Shown here piece by piece: positions 1 to 8,265 of a stretch of DNA of 32,000 bases; position 1 is the first letter of the stretch; every line of letters begins with the position of its first letter. The notes below the pieces were generated by a model. It did not search any database and was not told the DNA's origin. It was given only the letters and a program-made list of their open reading frames with translations. The stretch comes from an uncultured Bacilli bacterium (lineage in GTDB: Bacteria; Bacillota_I; Bacilli_A; RF39; UBA660). Made by a program: the position numbers and the translations under genes. The DNA lies in assembly GCA_947632355.1 (NCBI GenBank), contig CANROY010000003.1:5646-37645 (forward strand), read 5' to 3'.

Positions 1-125
1 AAGCAAACGATAAAATGAAAAAAATGTAAGAATACCTAAAATAGGTATTTTTATTTGAAAAAATAAAAGAAATTTACGTTGTAAATAATTAGTAGAGGGG
101 TTATTTTTATTTCCTATTTCACGTA

Positions 126-154
126 TTGCTATTTACTAAACAATGTACTACAAT
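126..154 (+). promoter_or_regulatory. Sigma-A-like promoter for the RelB/DinJ-like gene, with a possible operator repeat
   Basis: TTGCTA (126-131), a 17-nt spacer, then TACAAT (149-154). The direct repeat CAATGTA (141-147) and CAATGTA (151-157) straddles the -10 box. Confidence 0.45.
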
Positions 155-170
155 GTATTTAGAAAGGGTG

Positions 171-452
171 ATGAACATAGCTATTATAAGTGTTCGGGTT
201 GATAAAGAAGATAAGAAAGGTTTTGAAAACTTCTGTAATAAGATTGGTGTTGATGTTTCAACAGCCATTAATCTATTCATAAAAAATGTTTTAAAAGAAC
301 AAAAATTACCTTTTGAAATTAAAGTACAAAGTTTTGAAGATTATGTTTATGAAAAATTAAAAGAAGTAGAAGATCGTATGGAAAGAGGAGAAGAAAAATT
401 CTATATGATAGAAGAAGTTTTTGAAGAATTAAAAAATCAATTTGATAAATAA
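171..452 (+). CDS. RelB/DinJ-family (ribbon-helix-helix) antitoxin-like protein
   Basis: The N-terminus IISVRVDKEDKKGFENFCNKIGVDVSTAINLFIKNVLKEQKLPFEI matches the DinJ/RelB pattern. ATG 171 follows the SD AAAGGGTG, whereas the track start at 126 lies inside the promoter. The C-terminal tail is acidic. Confidence 0.7.
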   Translation: MNIAIISVRVDKEDKKGFENFCNKIGVDVSTAINLFIKNVLKEQKLPFEIKVQSFEDYVYEKLKEVEDRMERGEEKFYMIEEVFEELKNQFDK

Positions 453-465
453 TTAATACCAAAAT

Positions 466-494
466 AAAAGTGCTTAATTAGCATTTTTTATTTG
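466..494 (+). terminator. Rho-independent terminator after the antitoxin-like gene
   Basis: Stem AAAAGTGCT (466-474) pairs with AGCATTTTT (480-488), including one G-U pair. The loop is TAATT and the stem runs into a T tract. Confidence 0.5.
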
Positions 495-619
495 CTATAT
501 AAGATAATATATTTTATAATTTTATTTAAGGAAACTATTTAGGGAATATTTTTTAATACTATAAAAGAAAGGTTTATAAAATTGCTTATTGGTTGGCAAT
601 AGTATAAAAAATAGAGAAT

Positions 620-1153
620 ATGTTTAGGTTCAATTATAAAATAAAAAATAATAACTTTTTAAATAAGAAAAAAGAATGGCTAAAAAATGCTACTCCTGGT
701 AAAGGCAAAGTAATAAAAAGAAAATTTTATGTAGATAAAAACGGAAATAAATATGTTATTGATGGTAAAAAGGTTATATTTGACCCTAGTCAAGATGAAA
801 TGAATACAGCAAATTTTATTCTTCAAACATTTGGTGGCACTATTTATATAAATCCTAGAATAAATATTCCTGAAAATATTGAAAGTAGTGATTATTTATG
901 GAAAAATCAATATTGGGATAAAAAATGTATAAATGAAAACGCTAGTAGTAAAATTAGAGCAGTGGATAATGCATTAAAAAAGCACAAAAATCAAACTGAT
1001 TATATTATATTAGATATTACAAATAGTAAAATTAAAAAAAGGATATTGCTGTATCAAACAAAAAAAATATTTTCTACAAAAGGTAGAGAATGGGTTAAGG
1101 GTATTATGTTAATTAAAAATAATCGTGTTATTGCTATTTATCTTAGAAAATAA
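620..1153 (+). CDS. Stand-alone toxin-like protein, possibly related to the CdiA C-terminal tRNase-like domain family
   Basis: The 177-aa basic protein contains IDGKKVIFDPSQDEMNTANFILQTFGGTIYINPRINIPENIESSDYLW..WDKK...NQTDYIILDI. From memory this resembles C-terminal nuclease modules of polymorphic toxins and phage minor capsid proteins. The SD is weak (AGAGAAT), the ORF lies very close to a TATAAA box, and no homology search was possible. Confidence 0.35.
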   Translation: MFRFNYKIKNNNFLNKKKEWLKNATPGKGKVIKRKFYVDKNGNKYVIDGKKVIFDPSQDEMNTANFILQTFGGTIYINPRINIPENIESSDYLWKNQYWDKKCINENASSKIRAVDNALKKHKNQTDYIILDITNSKIKKRILLYQTKKIFSTKGREWVKGIMLIKNNRVIAIYLRK

Positions 1154-1349
1154 AAAGAGGCTAACCCTCGCCCCAGCGGGCAAGGACTAACCTCAAATGT
1201 AATTACAATTACATTATAGTATATTTTATGCATAAAGTCAAATATTTATGCATTTAAATTTTTTGAAACTATTTTAAATCTATTTTAAAAATGGTAAAAA
1301 TAGTAATACTAGGAATTAGTTTGTAAAGCGCCTTTTAAGGTGTTTTTAT

Positions 1350-1378
1350 TTGCATAATTTTTTTGAATAATTTATAAT
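1350..1378 (+). promoter_or_regulatory. Sigma-A-like promoter for ORF 1399-2160
   Basis: TTGCAT (1350-1355), a 17-nt spacer, then TATAAT (1373-1378). It is followed by the SD AAGAGGTG and ATG 1399. Confidence 0.5.
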
Positions 1379-1398
1379 CGATATAAGAGGTGTAAAGT

Positions 1399-2160
1399 AT
1401 GGAAGAAATATTTACTATCAATAGTAAAGCAAGTTTTGTTTTTAATGAAAGAAATAAACATTGGACAATTACTTGTTATGATGCTAAAGGAAAAATTCTT
1501 TGGGGTAAGAATGTAGGACGCGAAGAAGGGAATAAACTTTTATTAGATTTTTGTTGTAAAAGTGTTGGATATATAAGTTGTAAAAGTCTTGTGGATACGG
1601 TTGCTATTTGTGATAGTGATGGTTGTGAATGTGGTTATGTACGTTGCCATAAAAATAATAAAAATAGAATTGATAAAAAGGAAAATCTAGACGAATGGTT
1701 TTATACTCTTTTAATCGATACTCTTATTAAAATGGAAAAACGTATTACAATAAGAAAATATGTTATCGTAAGTAGTGATTTTTTGAACTTTTGTATTTAT
1801 AATAATGAAGAAAATAGGATGGACGATTACTTAAATATGGAAGATGCTAGTGGTCATGTACAAAATATTCTTGTTGGTTATCTTTTAGATTATATGAAAA
1901 AAGAAAAAATTACTTATGCAAGAGATTTAGGTAGAGAAATTGTTTTGAATCACATACATATGGACACTTTTAATATAATGTTTGCTAGTCAATTAATAAA
2001 TGAAATTCATAAATTAATCAAAGCAACAGAAGAAAACTTGGTTAAGGAAAAGACTGAAAGTCATCGAAAATTTTTAAAATCGTCTTTAGGTCAAGAGTTA
2101 TTAGGGACTCTAGAAGAAGATTCTATGAAATTAGCAAGAATAAAAAAAGAGGATGAATAA
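1399..2160 (+). CDS. Hypothetical protein, paralogue A of a tandem pair
   Basis: The 253-aa ORF has a strong SD. Its N-terminal ~45 aa resemble those of the next ORF. No family was recognised. Confidence 0.6.
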   Translation: MEEIFTINSKASFVFNERNKHWTITCYDAKGKILWGKNVGREEGNKLLLDFCCKSVGYISCKSLVDTVAICDSDGCECGYVRCHKNNKNRIDKKENLDEWFYTLLIDTLIKMEKRITIRKYVIVSSDFLNFCIYNNEENRMDDYLNMEDASGHVQNILVGYLLDYMKKEKITYARDLGREIVLNHIHMDTFNIMFASQLINEIHKLIKATEENLVKEKTESHRKFLKSSLGQELLGTLEEDSMKLARIKKEDE

Positions 2161-2178
2161 AAAAAGAGTATATATATA

Positions 2179-2207
2179 TTTGACTTTACGAATGTGTAAT
2201 GTATAAT
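2179..2207 (+). promoter_or_regulatory. Near-consensus sigma-A promoter for ORF 2226-2756
   Basis: TTGACT (2179-2184), a 17-nt spacer, then TATAAT (2202-2207). The track start ATG 2199 lies inside this promoter and is therefore unlikely to be used. Confidence 0.55.
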
Positions 2208-2225
2208 AGTGTTTCAAGAGGTGTT

Positions 2226-2756
2226 TTGGAATTGGATAATAGTGCAAGAAAAAAAATGGATTTGTGTTATAGAAAAGAACAAAAGGATTGGTTTTTAACG
2301 TTATATAAAAACAGAAAAATAATTGATCGACAAGTATTAACGAATGAAGAAGCTTTACATTATTTATTTGCTTTTTGTTATAAACTAAAGAATTTCCATA
2401 TTAAAAATCTAAATGATACTATAGAATTACTTAAATCTAATTCAATTTTAGGTACTTTTACTTATGAAGGAGAAAAAAATTTAATGCTTCGCTTTTTGCT
2501 TTGTTTATTAAATGGAGCTAAAAATAATACGTTTACACATATTCTTCCCGGTTTTTGTGAATCTGAAACAGGCATTCATTTGACTTTTTTAGAAAATACC
2601 ATTCGTCTTGATAACTTATTTGGAAGAAAGAATGGTTTAAATTTACAAGAACAAGAATTCTTTAATCATTTTTTTAAAGAGGAGCAAATGCAACCCATTT
2701 TTGCACAGGCAATAGAAGAGCAAAAAACAATTAGAAAAACTTTAAATAGGATGTAA
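2226..2756 (+). CDS. Hypothetical protein, paralogue B of a tandem pair
   Basis: This is the same frame as track ORF 2199-2756. The likely start is TTG 2226 after the SD AGAGGTG (2215-2221), with ATG 2256 as an alternative. DLCYRKEQKDWFLTLYKNRKII...NEEALHYLFAFCYK parallels FVFNERNKHWTITCYDAKGKIL...REEGNKLLLDFCCK in ORF 1399. Confidence 0.55.
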   Translation: MELDNSARKKMDLCYRKEQKDWFLTLYKNRKIIDRQVLTNEEALHYLFAFCYKLKNFHIKNLNDTIELLKSNSILGTFTYEGEKNLMLRFLLCLLNGAKNNTFTHILPGFCESETGIHLTFLENTIRLDNLFGRKNGLNLQEQEFFNHFFKEEQMQPIFAQAIEEQKTIRKTLNRM

Positions 2757-2810
2757 TTTAGGTTACTCCTTTTTTAATTTTATGTTATAATAGTTTTTAA
2801 GGTGGGTAGT

Positions 2811-5363
2811 ATGAAACGTAGTGAAGTAGACAAAGAAAAATTAAGCCCTGGTATGCGTCAATATTATGATATAAAAGAAGAGTATAAAGAAGAATTATTG
2901 TTTTATCGTTTAGGGGATTTTTATGAGTTGTTTTTTGAAGATGGAGAAATCGCCTCTCGTGAACTTGAACTTACATTAACAAGTAAAAATGCTGGATTAG
3001 AAGAAAGAGTACCAATGTGTGGTGTTCCTTTTCATTCTGTAAAACCCTATATTGAGAAATTAGTAAATAAAGGCTATAAAGTGGCGATTTGTGAACAGCT
3101 AGAAGACCCCAAAAATGCTAAAGGAATGGTAAAACGTGGAGTTGTCGAGGTCATCAGTAAAGGTTCTATTGTGGATTCTGACCTTTTAAATGAACACGAC
3201 CACAACTATATTGCGAGTGTTCTAGATTTTTCATTCACCTATGTTTTATGTTACGCTGATATCTCAACTGGTACTCTAAACGTTATGAACGTACAACACA
3301 ACAAAGAAAAATTATTAAATGAGATTCTAAATTTAAAAATCAAAGAAGTGTTATTAAAAGACAATACGGACGTGGAACTCATTAGTACATTAAAAGGCAA
3401 TTATGGAATTGAAGTCTCTATTTCAGATGGATTTTTAGAAGAAGGAATTGAAAAATTACTAAACACAGTAGAAGATATTCGTTTTAAAGAAGGAATTAAA
3501 CATATTCTTTACTATTTAATTGTTCGAGAACTAAAAAGTATCGACCACATTAAGAGTGTGAATGTCATTAATAGCGATGATTATTTAGAGATGGATGTTC
3601 ATACCATTCGTAATTTAGAGTTAGTAGAAACCTTACGTTTAAAAGAAAGAATGTATTCTTTACTATGGCTTTTAGATAAAACAAAAACCTCTATGGGAAG
3701 TCGTAAGTTAAAAGAGTATTTAATTCATCCTTTAAAAGATAAAAAACGTATTGAAGAACGTTTCGATAAAATAACGGTTTTAAATAATGAATTTATTTTA
3801 AAAGACCGCCTAAGAGATGCACTGTACGAAGTCTATGACATAGAACGACTTTGTGGAAAAGTAGCGTGTGGTTCTTTAAACGCTAGAGATTTATTACAAC
3901 TAAAAAATAGTTTAAAAGTCTTACCAACAATAAAAGAAATTGTTTCAGAATTAAAGTTTGATTATGAAATCAATACCCATAACGAACTTTATGAGTTACT
4001 GGAAAGAGGAATTTATGAAGAACCTCCTGTTACCTTAAAAGAAGGTTATTTAATTAAAGAAGGGTATAACGAAGAATTAGATGAACTAAAAAGTATTCGT
4101 AGTGGTGGTAAAAACTTTATTGCAGAGTTTGAAAATAAATTAAAAGAAAGTACCGGAATTAAAAATTTGAAAGTAGGATACACAAGAGTATTTGGTTATT
4201 TCATTGAAGTGAGTAAAGGACAAGTAAAAGAAATTAGTCCGGATTTAAATTGGGAAAGAAGACAAACTCTTGCTAATGCCGAGCGATTTATTTCTCCAGA
4301 ACTAAAAGAAAAAGAAGCCCTTATCTTAAACGCCGAAGAAAAAATCATTGAACTTGAATACAATTTATTTAATGAGATAAAAGAGCAAGTAAAACAAGTT
4401 TTAATTTCTTTAAAAGATACAGCAGAAATCTTAAGCGAACTAGATGCTTTAGCAAGTTTAGCGGTTTGTGCAGAAGAATATGGTTTTGTAAGACCTACGT
4501 TAAATGAAAATCATACGATTGATATCAAAGATGGTTTTCATCCGGTTATTATGAAAGTCAGTAGTGAAGCATTTGTTCCCAATGATTGTTGCATGAATGA
4601 ACAAATTAGTACTCTTTTAATAACAGGACCAAATATGAGTGGTAAATCAACCTATATGAGACAACTCGCCATTATTGTGATTATGGCCCAAATGGGTTCT
4701 TTTGTTCCAGCAAAAAGTGCAAATTTACCGATTATTGATAAAATATTTACACGAATCGGAGCAAGTGATGACTTAGTAAGTGGAGAATCGACGTTTATGG
4801 TGGAAATGAATGAAGCCAAGAATGCTTTAGTAAATGCAACTGAAAATAGTCTAGTCTTATTTGATGAACTCGGTCGTGGTACAGCAACATATGATGGTAT
4901 GAGTCTTGCCTATGCTATACTTGAATATGTCAATGAACATATAAAATGTAAGACGCTTTTTTCAACCCATTATCACGAACTAACAGCTTTAGAAAGAGAA
5001 ATACCAAGTATTAAAAATATTCACGTATCAGCATATGAAGAAGATGGTAAAATTACGTTCTTACATAAAATTAAAAATGGTGCCGTTGATAAAAGTTATG
5101 GAATTCACGTAGCCAAACTTGCTGGAATGCCAAAAGAAGTAACAGATAGAGCAACAACTATTCTAGCATCTTACGAGCAAAAAAAGGAAAAAAATAGTAG
5201 CAATGATAAAGTGCAACTCTCTATGCAATTTGAAGAACCAAAACAAGAAGATCCGATTCAAAAATTCTTAAATGGTGTAGACCCTGTTTATATGACCCCT
5301 ATTGAAGCCATCAATACTTTATACGAATTAAAGAAATTAATGAGTGATAGTAAAAAAATGTAA
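2811..5363 (+). CDS. mutS: DNA mismatch repair protein MutS
   Basis: Domain I carries GDFYELFFEDG. The Walker A motif is TGPNMSGKST, and DELGRGT and STHYHEL are present. ATG 2811 follows the SD AAGGTGG (2799-2805). A TGtTATAAT extended -10 lies at 2783-2791. Confidence 0.97.
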   Translation: MKRSEVDKEKLSPGMRQYYDIKEEYKEELLFYRLGDFYELFFEDGEIASRELELTLTSKNAGLEERVPMCGVPFHSVKPYIEKLVNKGYKVAICEQLEDPKNAKGMVKRGVVEVISKGSIVDSDLLNEHDHNYIASVLDFSFTYVLCYADISTGTLNVMNVQHNKEKLLNEILNLKIKEVLLKDNTDVELISTLKGNYGIEVSISDGFLEEGIEKLLNTVEDIRFKEGIKHILYYLIVRELKSIDHIKSVNVINSDDYLEMDVHTIRNLELVETLRLKERMYSLLWLLDKTKTSMGSRKLKEYLIHPLKDKKRIEERFDKITVLNNEFILKDRLRDALYEVYDIERLCGKVACGSLNARDLLQLKNSLKVLPTIKEIVSELKFDYEINTHNELYELLERGIYEEPPVTLKEGYLIKEGYNEELDELKSIRSGGKNFIAEFENKLKESTGIKNLKVGYTRVFGYFIEVSKGQVKEISPDLNWERRQTLANAERFISPELKEKEALILNAEEKIIELEYNLFNEIKEQVKQVLISLKDTAEILSELDALASLAVCAEEYGFVRPTLNENHTIDIKDGFHPVIMKVSSEAFVPNDCCMNEQISTLLITGPNMSGKSTYMRQLAIIVIMAQMGSFVPAKSANLPIIDKIFTRIGASDDLVSGESTFMVEMNEAKNALVNATENSLVLFDELGRGTATYDGMSLAYAILEYVNEHIKCKTLFSTHYHELTALEREIPSIKNIHVSAYEEDGKITFLHKIKNGAVDKSYGIHVAKLAGMPKEVTDRATTILASYEQKKEKNSSNDKVQLSMQFEEPKQEDPIQKFLNGVDPVYMTPIEAINTLYELKKLMSDSKKM

Positions 5364-5429
5364 ATTTACAGTTAAAATTTTTAAAAATAAATAGGATACG
5401 TTATAATATAATTAAATTAGGAGGGCTTT

Positions 5430-6194
5430 ATGGAAACTATAGTTTTAACAAATGAAATTCAAAAATATTTAGAAAAGGGAAATGTGGAGTGTAATGATGT
5501 CTTACGTTATTACTTAAATAAAAATATCAAAACTATTTTTGGAAAAGATGACTTTACTTCTCAAGATGTGGAAATCAATTATATCGTTTCTAAAGAAATG
5601 AATTATCAAAAATTACCTCACATAGAAGAGAAAAAGGTTGTATTATTTTTAAATGTGTTAGGTTCTATTTATAGAGTTTATTTGAATGAAGCAGAAAAAA
5701 CACTCGAAATGAAAAAGCAAGGTTTAGAAGTAGGTTTTAAAATTTTTAAAACGAGAAATGGTTTAGCCAATACTTTAACCAATATTCAAAATGCAGAAAC
5801 AATTGTGGAATATCAAAATGTTTCTTTAGAAAAACAAATTTTTGACTATCAAAAAGTAGTGTATACAGTAGATGGCGAAGAAAAAGTTTTTGATGCCTAT
5901 CGTATGAGTCCTATGGGAACAAAAATAAAAGAAAAGGAAGTTTTTTGTCTAGAACCTTTGTTAACCTCTAGGATTGGAACAAAACACGGCGAATTTAATA
6001 ATGGTCCATTATTAAAAAGATTTCTTTCGAATTGCAAAGAAATCTTAGAAAACTTAAAAGTAAAAAGTGAAATCGTAAGTGTTTCTACATCTTATCAATT
6101 AAACGATCCCAAATACTATTTAGAAGAAATATTTCAAATCTTAGAAGAGAAAAGCAAAGAAGATGTTCTTTCTAAAGATAGAAAAATTAGTTAA
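5430..6194 (+). CDS. Hypothetical protein
   Basis: The 254-aa ORF follows the SD AGGAGGG. No motif was recognised. It occupies the slot where mutL often follows mutS in Firmicutes. Confidence 0.55.
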   Translation: METIVLTNEIQKYLEKGNVECNDVLRYYLNKNIKTIFGKDDFTSQDVEINYIVSKEMNYQKLPHIEEKKVVLFLNVLGSIYRVYLNEAEKTLEMKKQGLEVGFKIFKTRNGLANTLTNIQNAETIVEYQNVSLEKQIFDYQKVVYTVDGEEKVFDAYRMSPMGTKIKEKEVFCLEPLLTSRIGTKHGEFNNGPLLKRFLSNCKEILENLKVKSEIVSVSTSYQLNDPKYYLEEIFQILEEKSKEDVLSKDRKIS

Positions 6195-6228
6195 AATTAC
6201 ATTTAGAGAATGTAGTTTTTTCTTTTTT
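6193..6228 (+). terminator. Rho-independent terminator
   Basis: The core stem TACATT (6198-6203) pairs with AATGTA (6209-6214) and is extended by A-T pairs. The loop is TAGAG, followed by a T-rich run. Confidence 0.5.
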
Positions 6229-6288
6229 GAGAGCATATAAATGTTTACTAATTTGGTGTTTTTTTGTATAATTTAATTGGTGGTTTTT

Positions 6289-6684
6289 ATGGCTTACAAG
6301 AGAAGTGAATTAAGAGAAAAATGTATGGTAATTTTATACCAATACGATTTAATGAAAAAGAATAAAGTAGAAGTGAGTCTTGATGATTTAATCAAAGACA
6401 ATATTGATATTGAAAATGAGTTTGTGAAAGATATTGTGTATGGAGTCGTTACACACCAAACCGAATTAGATGAATTAGCCAACAAATATATGAAAGATTG
6501 GACCATCGACCGTTTGGATAAAACCGGTGCTTCTATTTTACGTATGGCGATCTTTGAACTAAAATATACTGATACACCGGAAGTTGTTGTGATTAATGAA
6601 GCCATTGAATTATCCAAAAAATATAGTGATGATGCCGTACGAAAAATGATTAATGCTGTTTTAGATAAAATAATACGTGAATAG
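6289..6684 (+). CDS. nusB: Transcription antitermination factor NusB
   Basis: RSELREKCMVILYQYDL, WTIDRLDKTGASILRMAIFELKY and VVINEAIELSKKY are typical NusB sequences. The nusB-xseA-xseB synteny supports the call. ATG 6289 is preferred over TTG 6277. Confidence 0.9.
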   Translation: MAYKRSELREKCMVILYQYDLMKKNKVEVSLDDLIKDNIDIENEFVKDIVYGVVTHQTELDELANKYMKDWTIDRLDKTGASILRMAIFELKYTDTPEVVVINEAIELSKKYSDDAVRKMINAVLDKIIRE

Positions 6685-6695
6685 GAGAATGCCTT

Positions 6696-8042
6696 ATGAT
6701 AGGAACCGAAGAAAAGTATATAAAAATAAGTGATTTGAATGAATATATTAAAGTGATGTTTGATGAAAATAGTTTTCTTCGTAAAATCTATTTAAAAGGC
6801 GAAATATCCAACTTTAAAAATCATTCTCGAGGACATTTATATTTTACACTAAAAGATGAAACATCTAGAATTAGTGCTGTTATGTTTTACAATAATGCTC
6901 TTTCTTTACAATTCAAACCGGAAGATGGAATGAATGTGTTAGTAGAGGGGCGTATTTCTTGCTATCCTGCTCAAGGAACGTATCAAATTTACGTTGAGAA
7001 AATGGAAATGGATGGCTTAGGAAATCTTTATATTGAATATGAAAAATTAAAAAAGAAACTTGCAAGTGAAGGATTATTCGATGCCAAATACAAAAAGCCA
7101 ATCCCGAAATATCCAAAGAAAATTGGTATTATTACGGCCCCTACAGGAGCAGCCATTCGTGATATTTTAAGTACCATAAAAAGAAGGTATCCGATTTGTG
7201 AAACCATTCTATTTCCTTCCTTAGTCCAAGGTTCTTCTGCGGCCCCAGAAATTGTAAGACAACTAAAAAAAGCCAATGAATTTGATTTAGATGTCATTAT
7301 TTGTGGTCGTGGTGGAGGTTCCATTGAAGACTTGTGGGCATTTAATGAAGAGAGTGTTGCTCGTGCTATTTTTGAATCCAAAATTCCTGTCATTAGTGCT
7401 GTTGGCCACGAAGTTGATTTTACGATTGCCGATTTTGTAGCAGATTTACGTGCTCCAACACCAACAGGTGCTGCTGAAATGGCTGTTCCAACTAAGTATG
7501 ATACTCTATGTTTACTAGAAGAAAAAAGGCGTCAAGCAAATACCTTAATCAAAAATCATTTAAAAAGAAAAGCGGAAAAGATAGAAAGTCTAAAATCAAG
7601 TTTTATTTTAAAAAATCCCATGACGTTATACGAAGTAAAAGAGCAAAAACTCGATTTATTAATGGATAACTTGTATAAAACGATGATGGCAAAGATAAAG
7701 GATAGTGAGAATCGTTTCTTGCATATCAAACAAAGTACGATATTAAAACGACCGCTTGATTCTTTTCAACTATCAAAAACAAAAATAAAAACGATGGAAG
7801 AAAAGTTAAAAGCTGAAGTTCAAACGATTTTAAAGCAAAAAAATCACGAACATCAATTACTCTTAAATACTTTAAAACTAGTAAATCCCCTAAATATACT
7901 AGATAAAGGGTATAGTTTGGTACTAAAAGATGGAAAAGTCGTAAAAGAAAAAGAAATCAATATCAATGATGAAATAGAAATTAAATTAACGAATGCTGAA
8001 ATTAAGGCGATTGTAAAGGAGAAGAAAGAATGGAAAATTTAA
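6696..8042 (+). CDS. xseA: Exodeoxyribonuclease VII large subunit
   Basis: The OB-fold N-terminus reads KGEISNFKNHSRGHLYFTLKD. IGIITAPTGAAIRDIL, GRGGGSIEDLWAFNEE and ISAVGHEVDFTIADFVAD are conserved XseA motifs. Confidence 0.95.
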   Translation: MIGTEEKYIKISDLNEYIKVMFDENSFLRKIYLKGEISNFKNHSRGHLYFTLKDETSRISAVMFYNNALSLQFKPEDGMNVLVEGRISCYPAQGTYQIYVEKMEMDGLGNLYIEYEKLKKKLASEGLFDAKYKKPIPKYPKKIGIITAPTGAAIRDILSTIKRRYPICETILFPSLVQGSSAAPEIVRQLKKANEFDLDVIICGRGGGSIEDLWAFNEESVARAIFESKIPVISAVGHEVDFTIADFVADLRAPTPTGAAEMAVPTKYDTLCLLEEKRRQANTLIKNHLKRKAEKIESLKSSFILKNPMTLYEVKEQKLDLLMDNLYKTMMAKIKDSENRFLHIKQSTILKRPLDSFQLSKTKIKTMEEKLKAEVQTILKQKNHEHQLLLNTLKLVNPLNILDKGYSLVLKDGKVVKEKEININDEIEIKLTNAEIKAIVKEKKEWKI

Positions 8043-8257
8043 GTTTTGAACAATCATTAGAAAAATTAGAAACAATTGTACACGAATTAGAAAATGGGTC
8101 TATTGAATTAGATAAAGCCATTGAAAAGTACACAGAAGCAATGAAATTAGTAAAATCTTGTAGTGAAAAGTTAAATGAAGCCACGGATAAAGTCAATAAA
8201 ATCTTAAAAGAAAATGGAGAATTAGTTGATTTTGCCATTGAAAATAATGAAGAATAG
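8030..8257 (+). CDS. xseB: Exodeoxyribonuclease VII small subunit
   Basis: The 75-aa protein starts LSFEQSLEKLETIVHELENGSIELDKAIEKYTEAMKL. It overlaps the xseA 3' end. Confidence 0.9.
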   Translation: MENLSFEQSLEKLETIVHELENGSIELDKAIEKYTEAMKLVKSCSEKLNEATDKVNKILKENGELVDFAIENNEE

Positions 8258-8265
8258 GTGATTCG

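Noticed and set aside
6294-7393. Antisense ORFs within nusB/xseA (6294-6617, 6913-7116, 7028-7393), and similar minus-strand ORFs in proS, radC, uvrC, the DGR target, the LPXTG gene and dnaG/sigA
   Set aside because: These are shadow ORFs opposite well-supported genes. They have low-complexity or hydrophobic translations and no SD.
8258-8265. T-box or other leader upstream of proS
   Set aside because: Only 8 nt separate xseB and proS, so there is no room for a riboswitch. proS appears to be co-transcribed with nusB-xseAB.
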